A DNA stretch of 64,000 nucleotides from Candidatus Latescibacterota bacterium (lineage in GTDB: Bacteria > Latescibacterota > UBA2968 > UBA8231): NCBI GenBank assembly GCA_029941565.1, contig JAPYRN010000025.1:6030-70029 (forward strand). The letters are read 5' to 3'. The position numbers and the translations under genes are program-made. Numbering within the stretch: the first letter of the stretch is position 1; the number at the start of each line of letters is the position of its first letter. Of the stretch, positions 48,850 through 58,943 are shown in pieces. The notes under the pieces were generated by a model, which ran no database searches, was not told the DNA's origin, and saw nothing but the letters and a program-made list of their open reading frames with translations.

Positions 48850-49848
48850 TCAGCGTTTGGCGTCGTCCATCCAACTCATCATACCGCGCAGACGGCCACC
48901 GACTTCTTCGATCGCGTGCTCGGAATCGATCCGCTTCTGCGCTGTGTAGAACGGCCGGCCCACCTGATTCTCCAGCAACCATTCCCTGGCGAATTTGCCC
49001 GTCTGGATCTCGGTAAGGATTTTCTTCATCTCGGCGCGGGTTTCGTCGGTTACGACGCGGCGACCACGCGACAGATCGCCAAACTCCGCAGTGTCACTGA
49101 TGGAGGAGCGCATGTTGGCAATGCCGCCCTCGTAAATCAGATCGACGATGAGCTTCACCTCGTGTAAACACTCGAAATAAGCCACTTCGGGCTGGTAACC
49201 GGCCTCGACGAGTGTGTCGAAGCCCGCCCGGATCAGCTCGGTGAGGCCGCCGCAGAGCACGACCTGCTCGCCGAAGAGGTCGGTTTCCGTCTCTTCACGG
49301 AATGTCGTCTGGATGACGCCACCACGGGTGCAACCAATACCTTTGGCGTACGCCAGTCCCACCTCGTGGGCACGGCCGGAAGCGTCCTGCTCGACGGCGA
49401 GCAGACCGGGGACACCCCCTCCCTCGCTGTAAACGCGGCGTACAAGATGACCGGGGCCTTTCGGAGCAACCATGAAGACATCGACGTCCGCTGGCGGAAC
49501 GACCTGACCGAAGTGGATATTGAATCCGTGGGCAAATGCCAGACTGTTGCCGGCACTCAGGTTGGACCGGATGTCGGCCTCGAACACAGCACGCTGGATC
49601 TCATCGTTGATGAGGATCATGATGATGTCGCCCTCTTTTGCCGCCGCAGCGACAGTGGCAACCTTCAAGCCCTCCTTCTCGGCAGCGGCGCGGCTGGCGC
49701 TGCCTTCGCGAAGGCCAACGACAACGCTGACACCGCTTTCCTTCAGGTTGAGAGCGTGGGCGTGCCCCTGGCTTCCATACCCGATGATGGCGACCGTCTT
49801 GTCGCTCAGCAGGTCCAGGTTGGCGTCGTCGTCATAGTACATTTCCAT
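48850..49848 (-). CDS. ilvC: Ketol-acid reductoisomerase
   Basis: [18 protein letters not shown] and [10 protein letters not shown] motifs. Confidence 0.97.
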   Translation of the reverse strand: MEMYYDDDANLDLLSDKTVAIIGYGSQGHAHALNLKESGVSVVVGLREGSASRAAAEKEGLKVATVAAAAKEGDIIMILINDEIQRAVFEADIRSNLSAGNSLAFAHGFNIHFGQVVPPADVDVFMVAPKGPGHLVRRVYSEGGGVPGLLAVEQDASGRAHEVGLAYAKGIGCTRGGVIQTTFREETETDLFGEQVVLCGGLTELIRAGFDTLVEAGYQPEVAYFECLHEVKLIVDLIYEGGIANMRSSISDTAEFGDLSRGRRVVTDETRAEMKKILTEIQTGKFAREWLLENQVGRPFYTAQKRIDSEHAIEEVGGRLRGMMSWMDDAKR

Positions 49849-49957
49849 GGTGGGTCTCCTCTACGAGGTGCGGGATCTGATGAGCAGGCATAGCTTTAGG
49901 GCAGCCCATGAAGTCTTTCAGAGGCTCCGTCCGTTTGTTCGATTTTGCGGGAGGAGC

Positions 49958-50077
49958 CTACTCGATGAATCCGATAATGAGACGAAGTCGGGTACGCACA
50001 ACGATCCCGTTCCCGAGGATGGGTTCAGGCAACACGACTACAGATGATAGTTGCGTCGAAGTGTTCAGCAGTTCCAT
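49958..50077 (-). promoter_or_regulatory. Candidate Leu/Ile/Val-rich leader peptide (39 aa)
   Basis: MELLNTSTQLSSVVVLPEPILGNGIVVRTRLRLIIGFIE; 17/39 residues are L/I/V; lies between the promoter and ilvC. Confidence 0.6.
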
Positions 50078-50124
50078 CTAATTGTTCAGCAAGGACTTAG
50101 AGTCGTTTGATAGACAGGTGCAGA

Positions 50125-50153
50125 AATATAGAACTGCCTCTGATCGATGTCAA
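50125..50153 (-). promoter_or_regulatory. Sigma70 promoter of the ilvC-leu operon
   Basis: TTGACA-17 nt-TATATT. Confidence 0.7.
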
Positions 50154-50170
50154 GATTTTGGCGGTGACAA

Positions 50171-51169
50171 TTGGCCTCAGCTAAGCATTTTCACATCGAC
50201 GAAGTTGCGCCGGCTGTTTGGGCGGAGTTTCTCAGCAATGCCGTGGGCGCCACCATCTTCAGCGACGCCGACTGGGTCCAGGATGCAGCGCTTGCATCGG
50301 GGGGCACCCCCCGACTGCTAGGCGCCTGGGACGGGGACCACCTCGTCGCCGGTGTCGCTGGTGTGGTTTCGGGGAGCGGCTGGCGACAGCGGTTTTCGAC
50401 ACCCGCCCTGCTGCCGCACACGGGGTTTCTTTTCCGTCCTCCCACCACGAATCGACCCGCCCACGTGGAATCGGAGAGGTCCGGTGCGACGGCTGCCCTC
50501 ATCAGCCACTTGCAGGCTGGTTATACCCGGACCCACCTGACCCACGGCCCCGCCCTCGCCGACACCCGTGAGTTCCTGTGGGCGGGCTGGGATGTGCTGC
50601 CCCGGTACACCTATCGGATCGACCTGCCGGGGGACCGCACGACGGTGTGGGACGGTTTCGAACGGCGCACGCGCACGGCGGTGCGCAAGGCGGAAAAGGA
50701 AGGCTATCGAGTTGAGGCGACAACCGACGTCGCTGAGCTGCGCCGGTTGTATGATCAGGTATTCGGGGGCGAGTCAGCAGCACCCGTCCCGGGGGCCATT
50801 CTGCAAAGGCTGGTTCAACTCGCCCTCGATGCGGGGCGCACCGAGGGTTGGCGCTGCCTGGCGCCAGGTGGGGAAACGGCGTGCGTCGTGTTTTTTGTGC
50901 CGGATGGCGACAGACTCTATGCCTGGGTTGCCGGCGCCGATTCCGCTTACCGTGAGTCGGGTGCCACATCGCTGCTATATTGGAAAGTCCTGGAACAGAC
51001 GACCTCGACGCAGTTCGATTTTGTTGGTGCCAACCTCGCTTCCATCGCGTTTTTCAAACGCGGCTTCGGTGGCGTTCTCGTACCCTACTTCGCCACCGAG
51101 GGTTTTGGCCATACCCTTCTGCGTACCGTCGTCCGCTTGCGCCGGGCCCTACGCAGTGTCTCTAGTTAG
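50171..51169 (+). CDS. GNAT/FemAB-like N-acetyltransferase
   Basis: ATIFSDADW, RYTYRIDL, RTAVRKA and FDFVGAN..FKRGFGG motifs. Confidence 0.82.
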   Translation: MASAKHFHIDEVAPAVWAEFLSNAVGATIFSDADWVQDAALASGGTPRLLGAWDGDHLVAGVAGVVSGSGWRQRFSTPALLPHTGFLFRPPTTNRPAHVESERSGATAALISHLQAGYTRTHLTHGPALADTREFLWAGWDVLPRYTYRIDLPGDRTTVWDGFERRTRTAVRKAEKEGYRVEATTDVAELRRLYDQVFGGESAAPVPGAILQRLVQLALDAGRTEGWRCLAPGGETACVVFFVPDGDRLYAWVAGADSAYRESGATSLLYWKVLEQTTSTQFDFVGANLASIAFFKRGFGGVLVPYFATEGFGHTLLRTVVRLRRALRSVSS

Positions 51170-52617
51170 AACAATTTTGGCAGTTGATTTTTCAACGTGA
51201 TGATGGTGAAGTAGCCAAAGAACGCACAGGCCCAGATCATGGCCAAGAATCTGATGGGTGGCATGCGTAGACGGCCCCCCAACACGCGATTATTCAACCA
51301 TAGCAGCAATACGGAATAGATCAGCATGACGCCCCCATTCAGCGAGGCGCTGAGCACGAACAGGACCAGGGGTTGCGTCAGATCTGGCACCACCAGACCG
51401 ACGAGCATGATGGCGCAACCAATGCCGATCTGCGCCCAGAGTAGCAGGTAGTAGAGTCGGCTGTCCGTCCAGGTATCGCTGTCGCGCAACCAATTCACTT
51501 TGATGATATCGGTCGAGATACGGGCGCAGGCGTCGAGCAAACCCAGCTCCGTCGTCAGCAGTATGGCGATCCCCATCCAGTGGAATGAGTGCTGCATCCA
51601 CAGGCCATACTGGGCGCCGATGAACTCACCTTCGGCGCGGATAAAGGCGAACCCTTTGGCCAGGTCCGGTGTGCCACGCGCCGTACTGTAGGCGATGAGG
51701 GACAGCATGATCAGCGACACCACCGACAGCAGATAGAAGTTGAGCAGGTGCTCACGATCGGCGAGGCGCCACCAGTCGCGCCAACGGCGCAGGTTGTCCG
51801 GGGTATGCTCGAAGTGCGAGCCAATATCGGCAACGACCTCCTCCCGGCCCGTGAGCGGACTCGTCAGCCGACCGGCAAATCGGCCCATGGCGTAGCCCTT
51901 CTCGCGGATGTAATTGCTCTGCGCCAGGTTCATCGTGCCACCGGCACCAGCGAAGGCCAGTGCGCCCAGCAGGAGGGGCAATTCCATGCCGTCCGGTATG
52001 GTGCCGAAATGAGCGAACCCCCGGACCATGTCGCCCACGTGTACCAGATCGACGACGAGGAAAAAAATGATCCCCATAAAGAGGAAGATGAAAGCCACCA
52101 GCAGCTTCTGTATACGTTCCACGGTGTTGTACACCACAGGCCCCAGGGTCAACGCGGCACCGATGGCCAGGAGGCTGACGATCGAATACACGGTGCGCGC
52201 TACTTCGCCACCACCGATTTCCCAGGTCAGCAGTGTCGCTGCCCCGGATGCCCATCCAGGCCACATCCACGGGAGGATGTTGGCCACCAGGAAAACCCAC
52301 GCCCATCCCCGCCAGAGCCGGCAGAACCCGGTGATCGTCGACTCTCCCGTTGCCAGCGTCCAACGCTCGATCTCCATATTGATGAAATACTGCGTCGTGA
52401 CGCCGACCATACACGCCCAGAAAGCCACAAAGCCAAACTGATAAGTGATATAGGGCCAGAGGACGAACTCGCCACTGCCCAGGGACAAACCAAGAAGGAG
52501 GACACTCGGGCCGAGGAGCTTCTTCCAAGGGGGTGCTTCCGGTAGATCACGATACCTCGCCGCCGGCAGTTCATCGCTGGGAATCACTTCGTGTGGTACG
52601 GGACGGTCGTCGCTCAT
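51166..52617 (-). CDS. Nramp-superfamily (APC-like) membrane transporter
   Basis: LGPSVLLLGLSLGSGE and ERWTLATGES motifs; about 11 TMs. Confidence 0.8.
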   Translation of the reverse strand: MSDDRPVPHEVIPSDELPAARYRDLPEAPPWKKLLGPSVLLLGLSLGSGEFVLWPYITYQFGFVAFWACMVGVTTQYFINMEIERWTLATGESTITGFCRLWRGWAWVFLVANILPWMWPGWASGAATLLTWEIGGGEVARTVYSIVSLLAIGAALTLGPVVYNTVERIQKLLVAFIFLFMGIIFFLVVDLVHVGDMVRGFAHFGTIPDGMELPLLLGALAFAGAGGTMNLAQSNYIREKGYAMGRFAGRLTSPLTGREEVVADIGSHFEHTPDNLRRWRDWWRLADREHLLNFYLLSVVSLIMLSLIAYSTARGTPDLAKGFAFIRAEGEFIGAQYGLWMQHSFHWMGIAILLTTELGLLDACARISTDIIKVNWLRDSDTWTDSRLYYLLLWAQIGIGCAIMLVGLVVPDLTQPLVLFVLSASLNGGVMLIYSVLLLWLNNRVLGGRLRMPPIRFLAMIWACAFFGYFTIITLKNQLPKLF

Positions 52618-53714
52618 GAGTCCCTCTGCCTTCCCTGCCAGGCGGCAAGGGGGTGCTCGCGTCTGGCCATCGGTATCGGTACGCGCCCCCCGCAGATCTG
52701 TGATTCATAGGTGCCGAGAATCATCTCCAGGGCGGCGACAGCGTCACGGGCGCTCGATATGGGCTCTCGATTCTGCTCCGCCGCCTGGATAAGATCTTCC
52801 AGTGCCAATGTGTTCCCCCGACCGAGCGGCTCATCCGGCAGATCCTCCAATGCTTCCCAGAGTTGATCCTGTGCAGCGGGGCGAAAGACGGGATATGGAT
52901 AAAACATGAGTTCGGATCCGGCACCGCCGCGGAGGGAGATCGTGCCTTCACTACCGACGATCTCCATCCCATAGCGTTGGTTGGTTCCGGCCTGATCCCG
53001 GCGGGAGTCGAAGAATCCAGCAATACCGGAGTCGAAGGCGTAGTACGACTCGACACTATCTCCCGCCACCGGGCCGACTGGCTCCGTCGCCTCATGAACG
53101 TCCTCAGGCCCGAGCTCGCGCCCGTCAACGGTGACATGACCCGATATCCAGCGCACATTTCCGGCAAAATAGCGCATCATGTTGAACAGATGCGTGCCCA
53201 GGGTGATCATGTCTTCCCCACCACCACGCGCGTCCTGCTTGCCATGTGCGTGGATCTGCTGCACCTCGCCGATGCGGCCGGAGCGCAGCAACCTGCGCAG
53301 CCCCTGGATCCTGGGTAAGTACACCGCCTGGTGGGCGACAGCTACCTTGCGGCCGAGCGCGTCGGCGCGGCTGACGATGGTGTCGCCGTCGGCCAGATTC
53401 CAGGTCATCGGCTTTTCGCAATACACGTGAGCCCCTGCCTCCAGGCAGGCGAGGACCATCTCCAAGTGGCAGTCCGTCCAGCGAGGACAGACACTGACCA
53501 GGTCCGGTTTCTCCGCCGCAAGCATCTCGTGGTAGTCGGCATAAGCCTGTGACGCGCCCGTCACCTCGCGAGCCTGTTCACGACCCGCCTCATCATGATC
53601 CGCGACAGCGACAAAGTCGACATTGGCTAGGCCTGCGTAGGCGATGTGCAGTCCATGACCGTAGTTGCCACCGCCCGTGCGGCCGATGGCGGCTGCTCGG
53701 TATCGTTTCGTCAA
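52614..53714 (-). CDS. Gfo/Idh/MocA oxidoreductase
   Basis: EKPDLVSVCP and HVYCEKP motifs; TTG start after AGGA. Confidence 0.9.
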   Translation of the reverse strand: MTKRYRAAAIGRTGGGNYGHGLHIAYAGLANVDFVAVADHDEAGREQAREVTGASQAYADYHEMLAAEKPDLVSVCPRWTDCHLEMVLACLEAGAHVYCEKPMTWNLADGDTIVSRADALGRKVAVAHQAVYLPRIQGLRRLLRSGRIGEVQQIHAHGKQDARGGGEDMITLGTHLFNMMRYFAGNVRWISGHVTVDGRELGPEDVHEATEPVGPVAGDSVESYYAFDSGIAGFFDSRRDQAGTNQRYGMEIVGSEGTISLRGGAGSELMFYPYPVFRPAAQDQLWEALEDLPDEPLGRGNTLALEDLIQAAEQNREPISSARDAVAALEMILGTYESQICGGRVPIPMARREHPLAAWQGRQRDS

Positions 53715-53898
53715 GAGTCTGTTGTCCTTTGTTGCACCGGTATGATGTAGGACTCTTAGGGTAGTCACTGTCGAGAGCTTGACCAAGCTAAGCTCTTTTG
53801 CCCTTGCCGGGTCCGTGTAGGTGGCCGTTTTTCGAATGACCCCAATCACGACCTAGAGAAACCATCGACGGCGGCTCTGCCGTCGCAACACCCAGGAG

Positions 53899-54855
53899 AT
53901 GACCGTGACCGCCCTCGACGCTATTGGCGGCAACCGCCCGCTGCAGACAGAAGAATACGCTCGTCGTGCCCACGCCTTTGTCATGAACCCACAGCGAAAT
54001 GCCGTAAAGGCAGTCCAGGACGAGTACAATTCGGTAGCTGCGACGCCGCCGCTGTTGGGAATCTTCAACGACGTGCCGTGGTATCAGGTGCGTGAGGACG
54101 AGGCCCATTCGTGGGCGAGAGCCGGCTTTGCCTGGATCGTCAATGACGCCGAACACTGTCAACGCGAGGGCTGGTATGGTCGGCAGCAGAACGCGATGGA
54201 GGGGCGTGTCGGCCTGCTCCAGTGCCAGCGTCTGCATCGCGAGGCCTTCAGCTCGCACGGCGACGTGTTCCAGCTCGGCGCCCGTGCCACAATGAAACCA
54301 TACGGCACGACATACGAGGATGCGGAGCGATTTTTCCGCGCCGTCAACTTCCCGACGCCGGGGGAGGCCACCGCCGATGATCGAGGCGGATATCCGGTTC
54401 GCTTTGGTGATCGAAACTTCGCCTTCACACCCGGCGAACTGCTTGGCGCCGAGGTCCACACTCAGGGCTGGATTCAGTTCGAGACGGCGGAATACATCCT
54501 CGACATAGAACTGCGTGATCGTGTCCTCGACCTGATGCAGGCCCAGGGTCGCAACAGGGCATGTGGTTTCGTCGGACCTTTTGACGCCATCCTCCGTCAG
54601 GGGGAGATCCCGGAAATCGAGGATGCGACCAACGCTCTGTTCCGCGCCGCCGCAGACCGGGGTGTGCACATGGGCCGTGTCGTGGGCTCCGGATCGATGG
54701 AGGATCCCAAGGATATCGAGGACGCCATGGTACGAGCCCTCGACAATGGCGCCCGCCTGATCTGCGCCCATCCCTTCACCAGTGACCTCGTATTCCGCGG
54801 CGCCATGAATGTCTCTGAGCCATTTTTCAAAGCCGCTCAACGATGCGGATTCTAG
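53899..54855 (+). CDS. HpcH/HpaI-family class II aldolase (divergent)
   Basis: AGFAWIVNDAEH, IQFET and FVGPFD motifs. Confidence 0.72.
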   Translation: MTVTALDAIGGNRPLQTEEYARRAHAFVMNPQRNAVKAVQDEYNSVAATPPLLGIFNDVPWYQVREDEAHSWARAGFAWIVNDAEHCQREGWYGRQQNAMEGRVGLLQCQRLHREAFSSHGDVFQLGARATMKPYGTTYEDAERFFRAVNFPTPGEATADDRGGYPVRFGDRNFAFTPGELLGAEVHTQGWIQFETAEYILDIELRDRVLDLMQAQGRNRACGFVGPFDAILRQGEIPEIEDATNALFRAAADRGVHMGRVVGSGSMEDPKDIEDAMVRALDNGARLICAHPFTSDLVFRGAMNVSEPFFKAAQRCGF

Positions 54856-54859
54856 TACT

Positions 54860-56056
54860 GTGAAAATTACCAAGGTCGAGACGATTCACGTTGGCGAGTT
54901 CGCCAATATCCTCTTCGTACAGATTCATACCGACGAAGGACTTGTCGGCCTTGGTGATACCTATTACACCCCGGAGACGACACGTACCTTTATCCATGAA
55001 GTGGGTGCGCCGATGCTCATCGGTCACGACCCGCGTGACGTCGAATGGCACTTCCGTCGCATGTACGACGCCACCCATGTCTATGGCAATCGCGGCGCCG
55101 AAATGCGCGCCATCTCAGCCCTCGACGTAGCACTGTGGGATCTGTTCGCGCAGGCCGCCGGTATGCCTCTGTACCGGGCGCTGGGTGGTGGCAGCCGCGA
55201 CAAGGTCCGCATCTATAACACGTGCGCCGGGCCACTCTATGCCCGTGGCACGCCGGGTGTGCCGCACCCCCCCGAGCAGCGGCCCCAAGGAGAGGGCCGA
55301 TACGAGGACCTCGACGCCTTCCAGAACAAGGCCGGCGAATTGGCGAGGGACCTGCTGGACGAAGGCATCACAGCGATGAAGATCTGGCCTTTCGATGCCT
55401 ACGCCGCCGTCAGCAATGGTACCTACATCAGCTTCGCCGACATCGACAAGGGCTTGGAACCGGTGCGCAAGATTCGTGACGCCGTCGGCCTGGACATGGA
55501 GATCTTGATCGAAGGGCACGCCTATTGGAAGCTGCCTGCGGCAGTGCGGATCGCCCATGCCCTCGAACCATACCAGCCGATGTGGCTGGAAGATTTCATT
55601 CGCCCCGACAACCCACACGCGCTGGCCGAATTGCGACGCTCCACAACAACACCGATCTGTGGCTCGGAGCTGGCCCTGACACGTTACCATGCACGGGAAT
55701 TGCTGGAAGCCGAAGCGGTCGACATCCTGATGACGGATGTCACCTGGACGGGTGGCATCGGTGAGAGTCGGCGCATCGCTGACATGGCAGAGACGGAAAA
55801 CCTGCCCTTTGTCGCCCACGATTGCACCGGACCGGTGACCTTCCTGGCCTCGATTCACCTCTCCATTCACTGCCCAAATGCGATGATCCAGGAGAGTGTA
55901 CGCGCCTACTACCGCGGCTTTTATGCCGACCTCGTCACCGTGGTGCCCCGAATCGAAAACGGCTTTGTCTGGCCCACGGACTCCCCGGGGCTGGGCACCA
56001 CCTTGCGGCCAGAGGTCCTGCAACGAGCCGATACAACGGTGCGTCAATCAGCGTGA
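54860..56056 (+). CDS. Mandelate racemase/MLE (enolase superfamily) sugar-acid dehydratase
   Basis: TDEGLVGLG, AISALDVALWDL, WLED and PGLG motifs. Confidence 0.9.
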   Translation: MKITKVETIHVGEFANILFVQIHTDEGLVGLGDTYYTPETTRTFIHEVGAPMLIGHDPRDVEWHFRRMYDATHVYGNRGAEMRAISALDVALWDLFAQAAGMPLYRALGGGSRDKVRIYNTCAGPLYARGTPGVPHPPEQRPQGEGRYEDLDAFQNKAGELARDLLDEGITAMKIWPFDAYAAVSNGTYISFADIDKGLEPVRKIRDAVGLDMEILIEGHAYWKLPAAVRIAHALEPYQPMWLEDFIRPDNPHALAELRRSTTTPICGSELALTRYHARELLEAEAVDILMTDVTWTGGIGESRRIADMAETENLPFVAHDCTGPVTFLASIHLSIHCPNAMIQESVRAYYRGFYADLVTVVPRIENGFVWPTDSPGLGTTLRPEVLQRADTTVRQSA

Positions 56057-56199
56057 TTGCCAGATTTTGAGGCCATCGCTACCATAGCGAGCCCACTGGA
56101 AATCAGGTAACAGAGACCGTCCCCCGGTCGAGTGCGAGTCACCACCCCGAAATTTGTGTTCCCCTGTTGTCCACGTAGTACACAACCCTCTGATAATGC

Positions 56200-56365
56200 T
56201 TCTTGGCTCTTGAGAGGGCCAAGCAGGATGACCTTGGAATCACGCTAATCTTACGCGGTCTCCCTGACCGGCCCCCACCGACCACAAGGATGTGACGGCT
56301 CGCCCCTGGCGACAGGGAGCAATACAGAGAAGGGCTCGACGCCTGATCAGCGTCGGGCCTTTTTT
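56200..56365 (+). ncRNA. Candidate structured small RNA
   Basis: TGATAAT upstream, stacked hairpins, a CACA-AGGA-TGTG stem-loop and a terminator; no RNA family recognised. Confidence 0.35.
56333..56365 (+). terminator. Intrinsic terminator
   Basis: GGCTCGACGC-CTGATCA-GCGTCGGGCC-TTTTTT. Confidence 0.85.
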
Positions 56366-56382
56366 GCAGCAGTAGACGGCCT

Positions 56383-57666
56383 TCACTGTCCGACGAATTT
56401 TGGCTGGCCGAAACCATCATTGATGACAAGGCTGCGTGCGGGGATGTCGGCTCGATCAGGAATTACGAGATCCGTCTCCAAACGATTCTCGATGATTGTT
56501 CCGTCCCCTACCAGAACACCCTCACCAAGCAGAATACGACCCGGCCGAATTTCGTCATTCTTTACCGTGCCGATCACGACAGAGGCATTTATCCGGCACC
56601 GCGGACCCGTCTCGACGAGACCGTAGATCTCCACACTCGGACCGATGATCGAATGGTCGCCGATGCGGACAGGCCCAAAGAGATCGGCATCGGTGCCGAT
56701 AAATACGCAGTCGCCGATCACGGGATGTCGCTGCTTCAGTCGTCGTGACAATCCACCGAGAGTGCAAGGCAACAGATGGCAGCCCGAGCCGATGACGCCT
56801 GTCTGCCCCATCGTCAAACCACGATGCGGGTGATCGAGGAAATTGGCGTCACCGATGCGGGTCTCGGGGTGGATGTCAGCCTGGTAGTAGCGGCCCCCCA
56901 GCTCCGAAATGGCACGCGGCAACAGTGGCACAGGTAGCCTTGCCAGGCCACCAATCCCCTCCACTTCACCCCCGCGCGCCAAAACGTGAGCAACGTCGTG
57001 GTAGAACAGGACACGCCACCCTGGATACGTACTCATCACCAACTGCATCTGATAGTCGAACACAAAGTCACAGTGAAATCTTTGGAGAAATTCCCGATAC
57101 ACGGTCGTATCCCGCCCGGCGATGGCGACATCGACGCTGGCGGCAAAATCGAGTTCACGCAAGGCCTGATCTTCGATGCCACACGCCGACAGCAGATAGG
57201 CATCCCAAACAGAGGGGTCTTTCAGCGACGCAAATCGATTCCACAGGGCCCGCTGCTTGAGTGCCGGCAGGTCCCAGAGGACGGCGTACGCTGCCGCCAG
57301 GGCACGATCTTCCAGATCTTCATCGACCCCGGCCGCCAGATATGACTGGGCAACCATGGCATACAGCTGATCGGCGACTTCCCCGATGGCACTGGTAAAG
57401 TCAGCCGTCTGCTCACGCCGATTGAGCGCATTGTGCGACCCTGGCGCCACACATTCGAGCAGATTTCCCAGGACGGTTTCGAGGATATCACGGTTGACGA
57501 ATCCTCGCCCAGAGCGTTGCGAAAGGATCGCCGAATCGACGCGATCGATACGTAGCGCCTCTACTTCCTCATCGGAATATTCGGGACGTAGACGCGCAAC
57601 GGTCTGCTGCAGAAAATCCCGCTTACGGGACTCGTATTGCGAATCGAACAGGGTAGCAGTCGACAT
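56383..57666 (-). CDS. Divergent serine acetyltransferase-like (left-handed beta-helix) protein with a long helical N-terminus
   Basis: ADIHPETRIG..FLDH..TLGG..RHPVIGD and hexapeptide repeats. Confidence 0.75.
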   Translation of the reverse strand: MSTATLFDSQYESRKRDFLQQTVARLRPEYSDEEVEALRIDRVDSAILSQRSGRGFVNRDILETVLGNLLECVAPGSHNALNRREQTADFTSAIGEVADQLYAMVAQSYLAAGVDEDLEDRALAAAYAVLWDLPALKQRALWNRFASLKDPSVWDAYLLSACGIEDQALRELDFAASVDVAIAGRDTTVYREFLQRFHCDFVFDYQMQLVMSTYPGWRVLFYHDVAHVLARGGEVEGIGGLARLPVPLLPRAISELGGRYYQADIHPETRIGDANFLDHPHRGLTMGQTGVIGSGCHLLPCTLGGLSRRLKQRHPVIGDCVFIGTDADLFGPVRIGDHSIIGPSVEIYGLVETGPRCRINASVVIGTVKNDEIRPGRILLGEGVLVGDGTIIENRLETDLVIPDRADIPARSLVINDGFGQPKFVGQ

Positions 57667-57689
57667 GGGATAGCGAACGTCCGCAGACG

Positions 57690-57998
57690 TCAGGCCAGAT
57701 AGAATGCTTCTTCGAGGGGAGTTACGACAGGCGAATTGTCCGGATTGCACTCCATGAGTGGCTCCATATAGGTCCACCACTTTTGCACCAGCGCCTGCTG
57801 TGGCAGGTTTTCCATAGTGGCGGGATCGTCGATCTCCAGATAGGCGAAGAGGGTCAGGCCATCTCGCCAGATGCTGTAGTTTCGTAGTCCCTTCTCATGC
57901 AGCAACTCGGCCAGATCAGGCCAGATCTCGTCATGTCGACGTTTGTATTCGACCTCATTTCCCGGTTTCAGCTGCATCTTGAAACCTACTCTCGCCAT
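57690..57998 (-). CDS. rhaM: L-rhamnose mutarotase
   Basis: EYKRRHDEIWP, NYSI, LFAYLE and KWWTYM motifs. Confidence 0.92.
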   Translation of the reverse strand: MARVGFKMQLKPGNEVEYKRRHDEIWPDLAELLHEKGLRNYSIWRDGLTLFAYLEIDDPATMENLPQQALVQKWWTYMEPLMECNPDNSPVVTPLEEAFYLA

Positions 57999-58129
57999 CG
58001 TTCAGATTCCTCTCCTGGCAGGGTACTTGCGGGGAGTTACGATACATCTTTGCCCCTCCTTCAGCAATCGCTATCTTTTGATTTTGTAGTCACTTAACGA
58101 TCATTTTCAACGATTGTGGAGTCGTCTCA

Positions 58130-58930
58130 ATGCATCCTCTCGAAGATCTCGACCTTCAAGCCGGCCAGGTTGGTATCCACTGGTTCGGACAGAGTTCGAT
58201 AGGCCTTAGGCACCCTGACGGTACCATCCTGCAGGTAGACCCATATTACCCGCGCCAGCGCCCGGCCGACCGCTTTATTCGCACACGGGCGCCGCTCATG
58301 GAAGAAGCATTACGAACGGACTGGGTGCTGCTGACCCACGACCACGGCGACCACACATGTATGGAATCGATCGATCGTATCCGCGGCGCCTATCCGGATG
58401 TACGATTCGTCGGACCACCGGAAAGTTGTGCCCGCATGAGGGAGGGTGGCATCGCCGACGCCCACATAACCGAGGTCACCGCCGGTGACAACGCGAAGAT
58501 GGGCTCCGTAACGGCCCACACCGTATTCGCCAAACCGCACGACGGCGATCCAGACGCCGACATCAAGGCGCCAGACGTACAACACCTCGGTTTTGTCGTC
58601 GACACGGGCGACATCCGCATCTACATCTCCGGCGACCCAATCAACAATTTCGCCGACCACGAAACGCTGTTGGCACCGATTCGCGACTTGAAACCGCAAG
58701 TTGGCTTTCTCACCAACCACCCCAACGAAGGGGAGTTCCCTTTCTTCGAAGGATCAGGCAAGATCGCCGGTGCACTGGGGTTACAGACTGCGATCCCCAC
58801 CCACTACGGCTGCTTCGTCCAACGTGACTACGACCCGCAACAGTGGGCCGAGCACCTGCCGCAAGGCGTGAATCCCCTGATCATCCCCTACAACCAGGCC
58901 GTCGTCTACCAACCGAAAAATTTTCAATGA
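58130..58930 (+). CDS. MBL-fold metallohydrolase (UlaG-like lactonase)
   Basis: WFGQS, VDPY, THDHGDH, YISGD and IPTHY motifs. Confidence 0.88.
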   Translation: MHPLEDLDLQAGQVGIHWFGQSSIGLRHPDGTILQVDPYYPRQRPADRFIRTRAPLMEEALRTDWVLLTHDHGDHTCMESIDRIRGAYPDVRFVGPPESCARMREGGIADAHITEVTAGDNAKMGSVTAHTVFAKPHDGDPDADIKAPDVQHLGFVVDTGDIRIYISGDPINNFADHETLLAPIRDLKPQVGFLTNHPNEGEFPFFEGSGKIAGALGLQTAIPTHYGCFVQRDYDPQQWAEHLPQGVNPLIIPYNQAVVYQPKNFQ

Positions 58931-58943
58931 GTCGGTTTCGACA

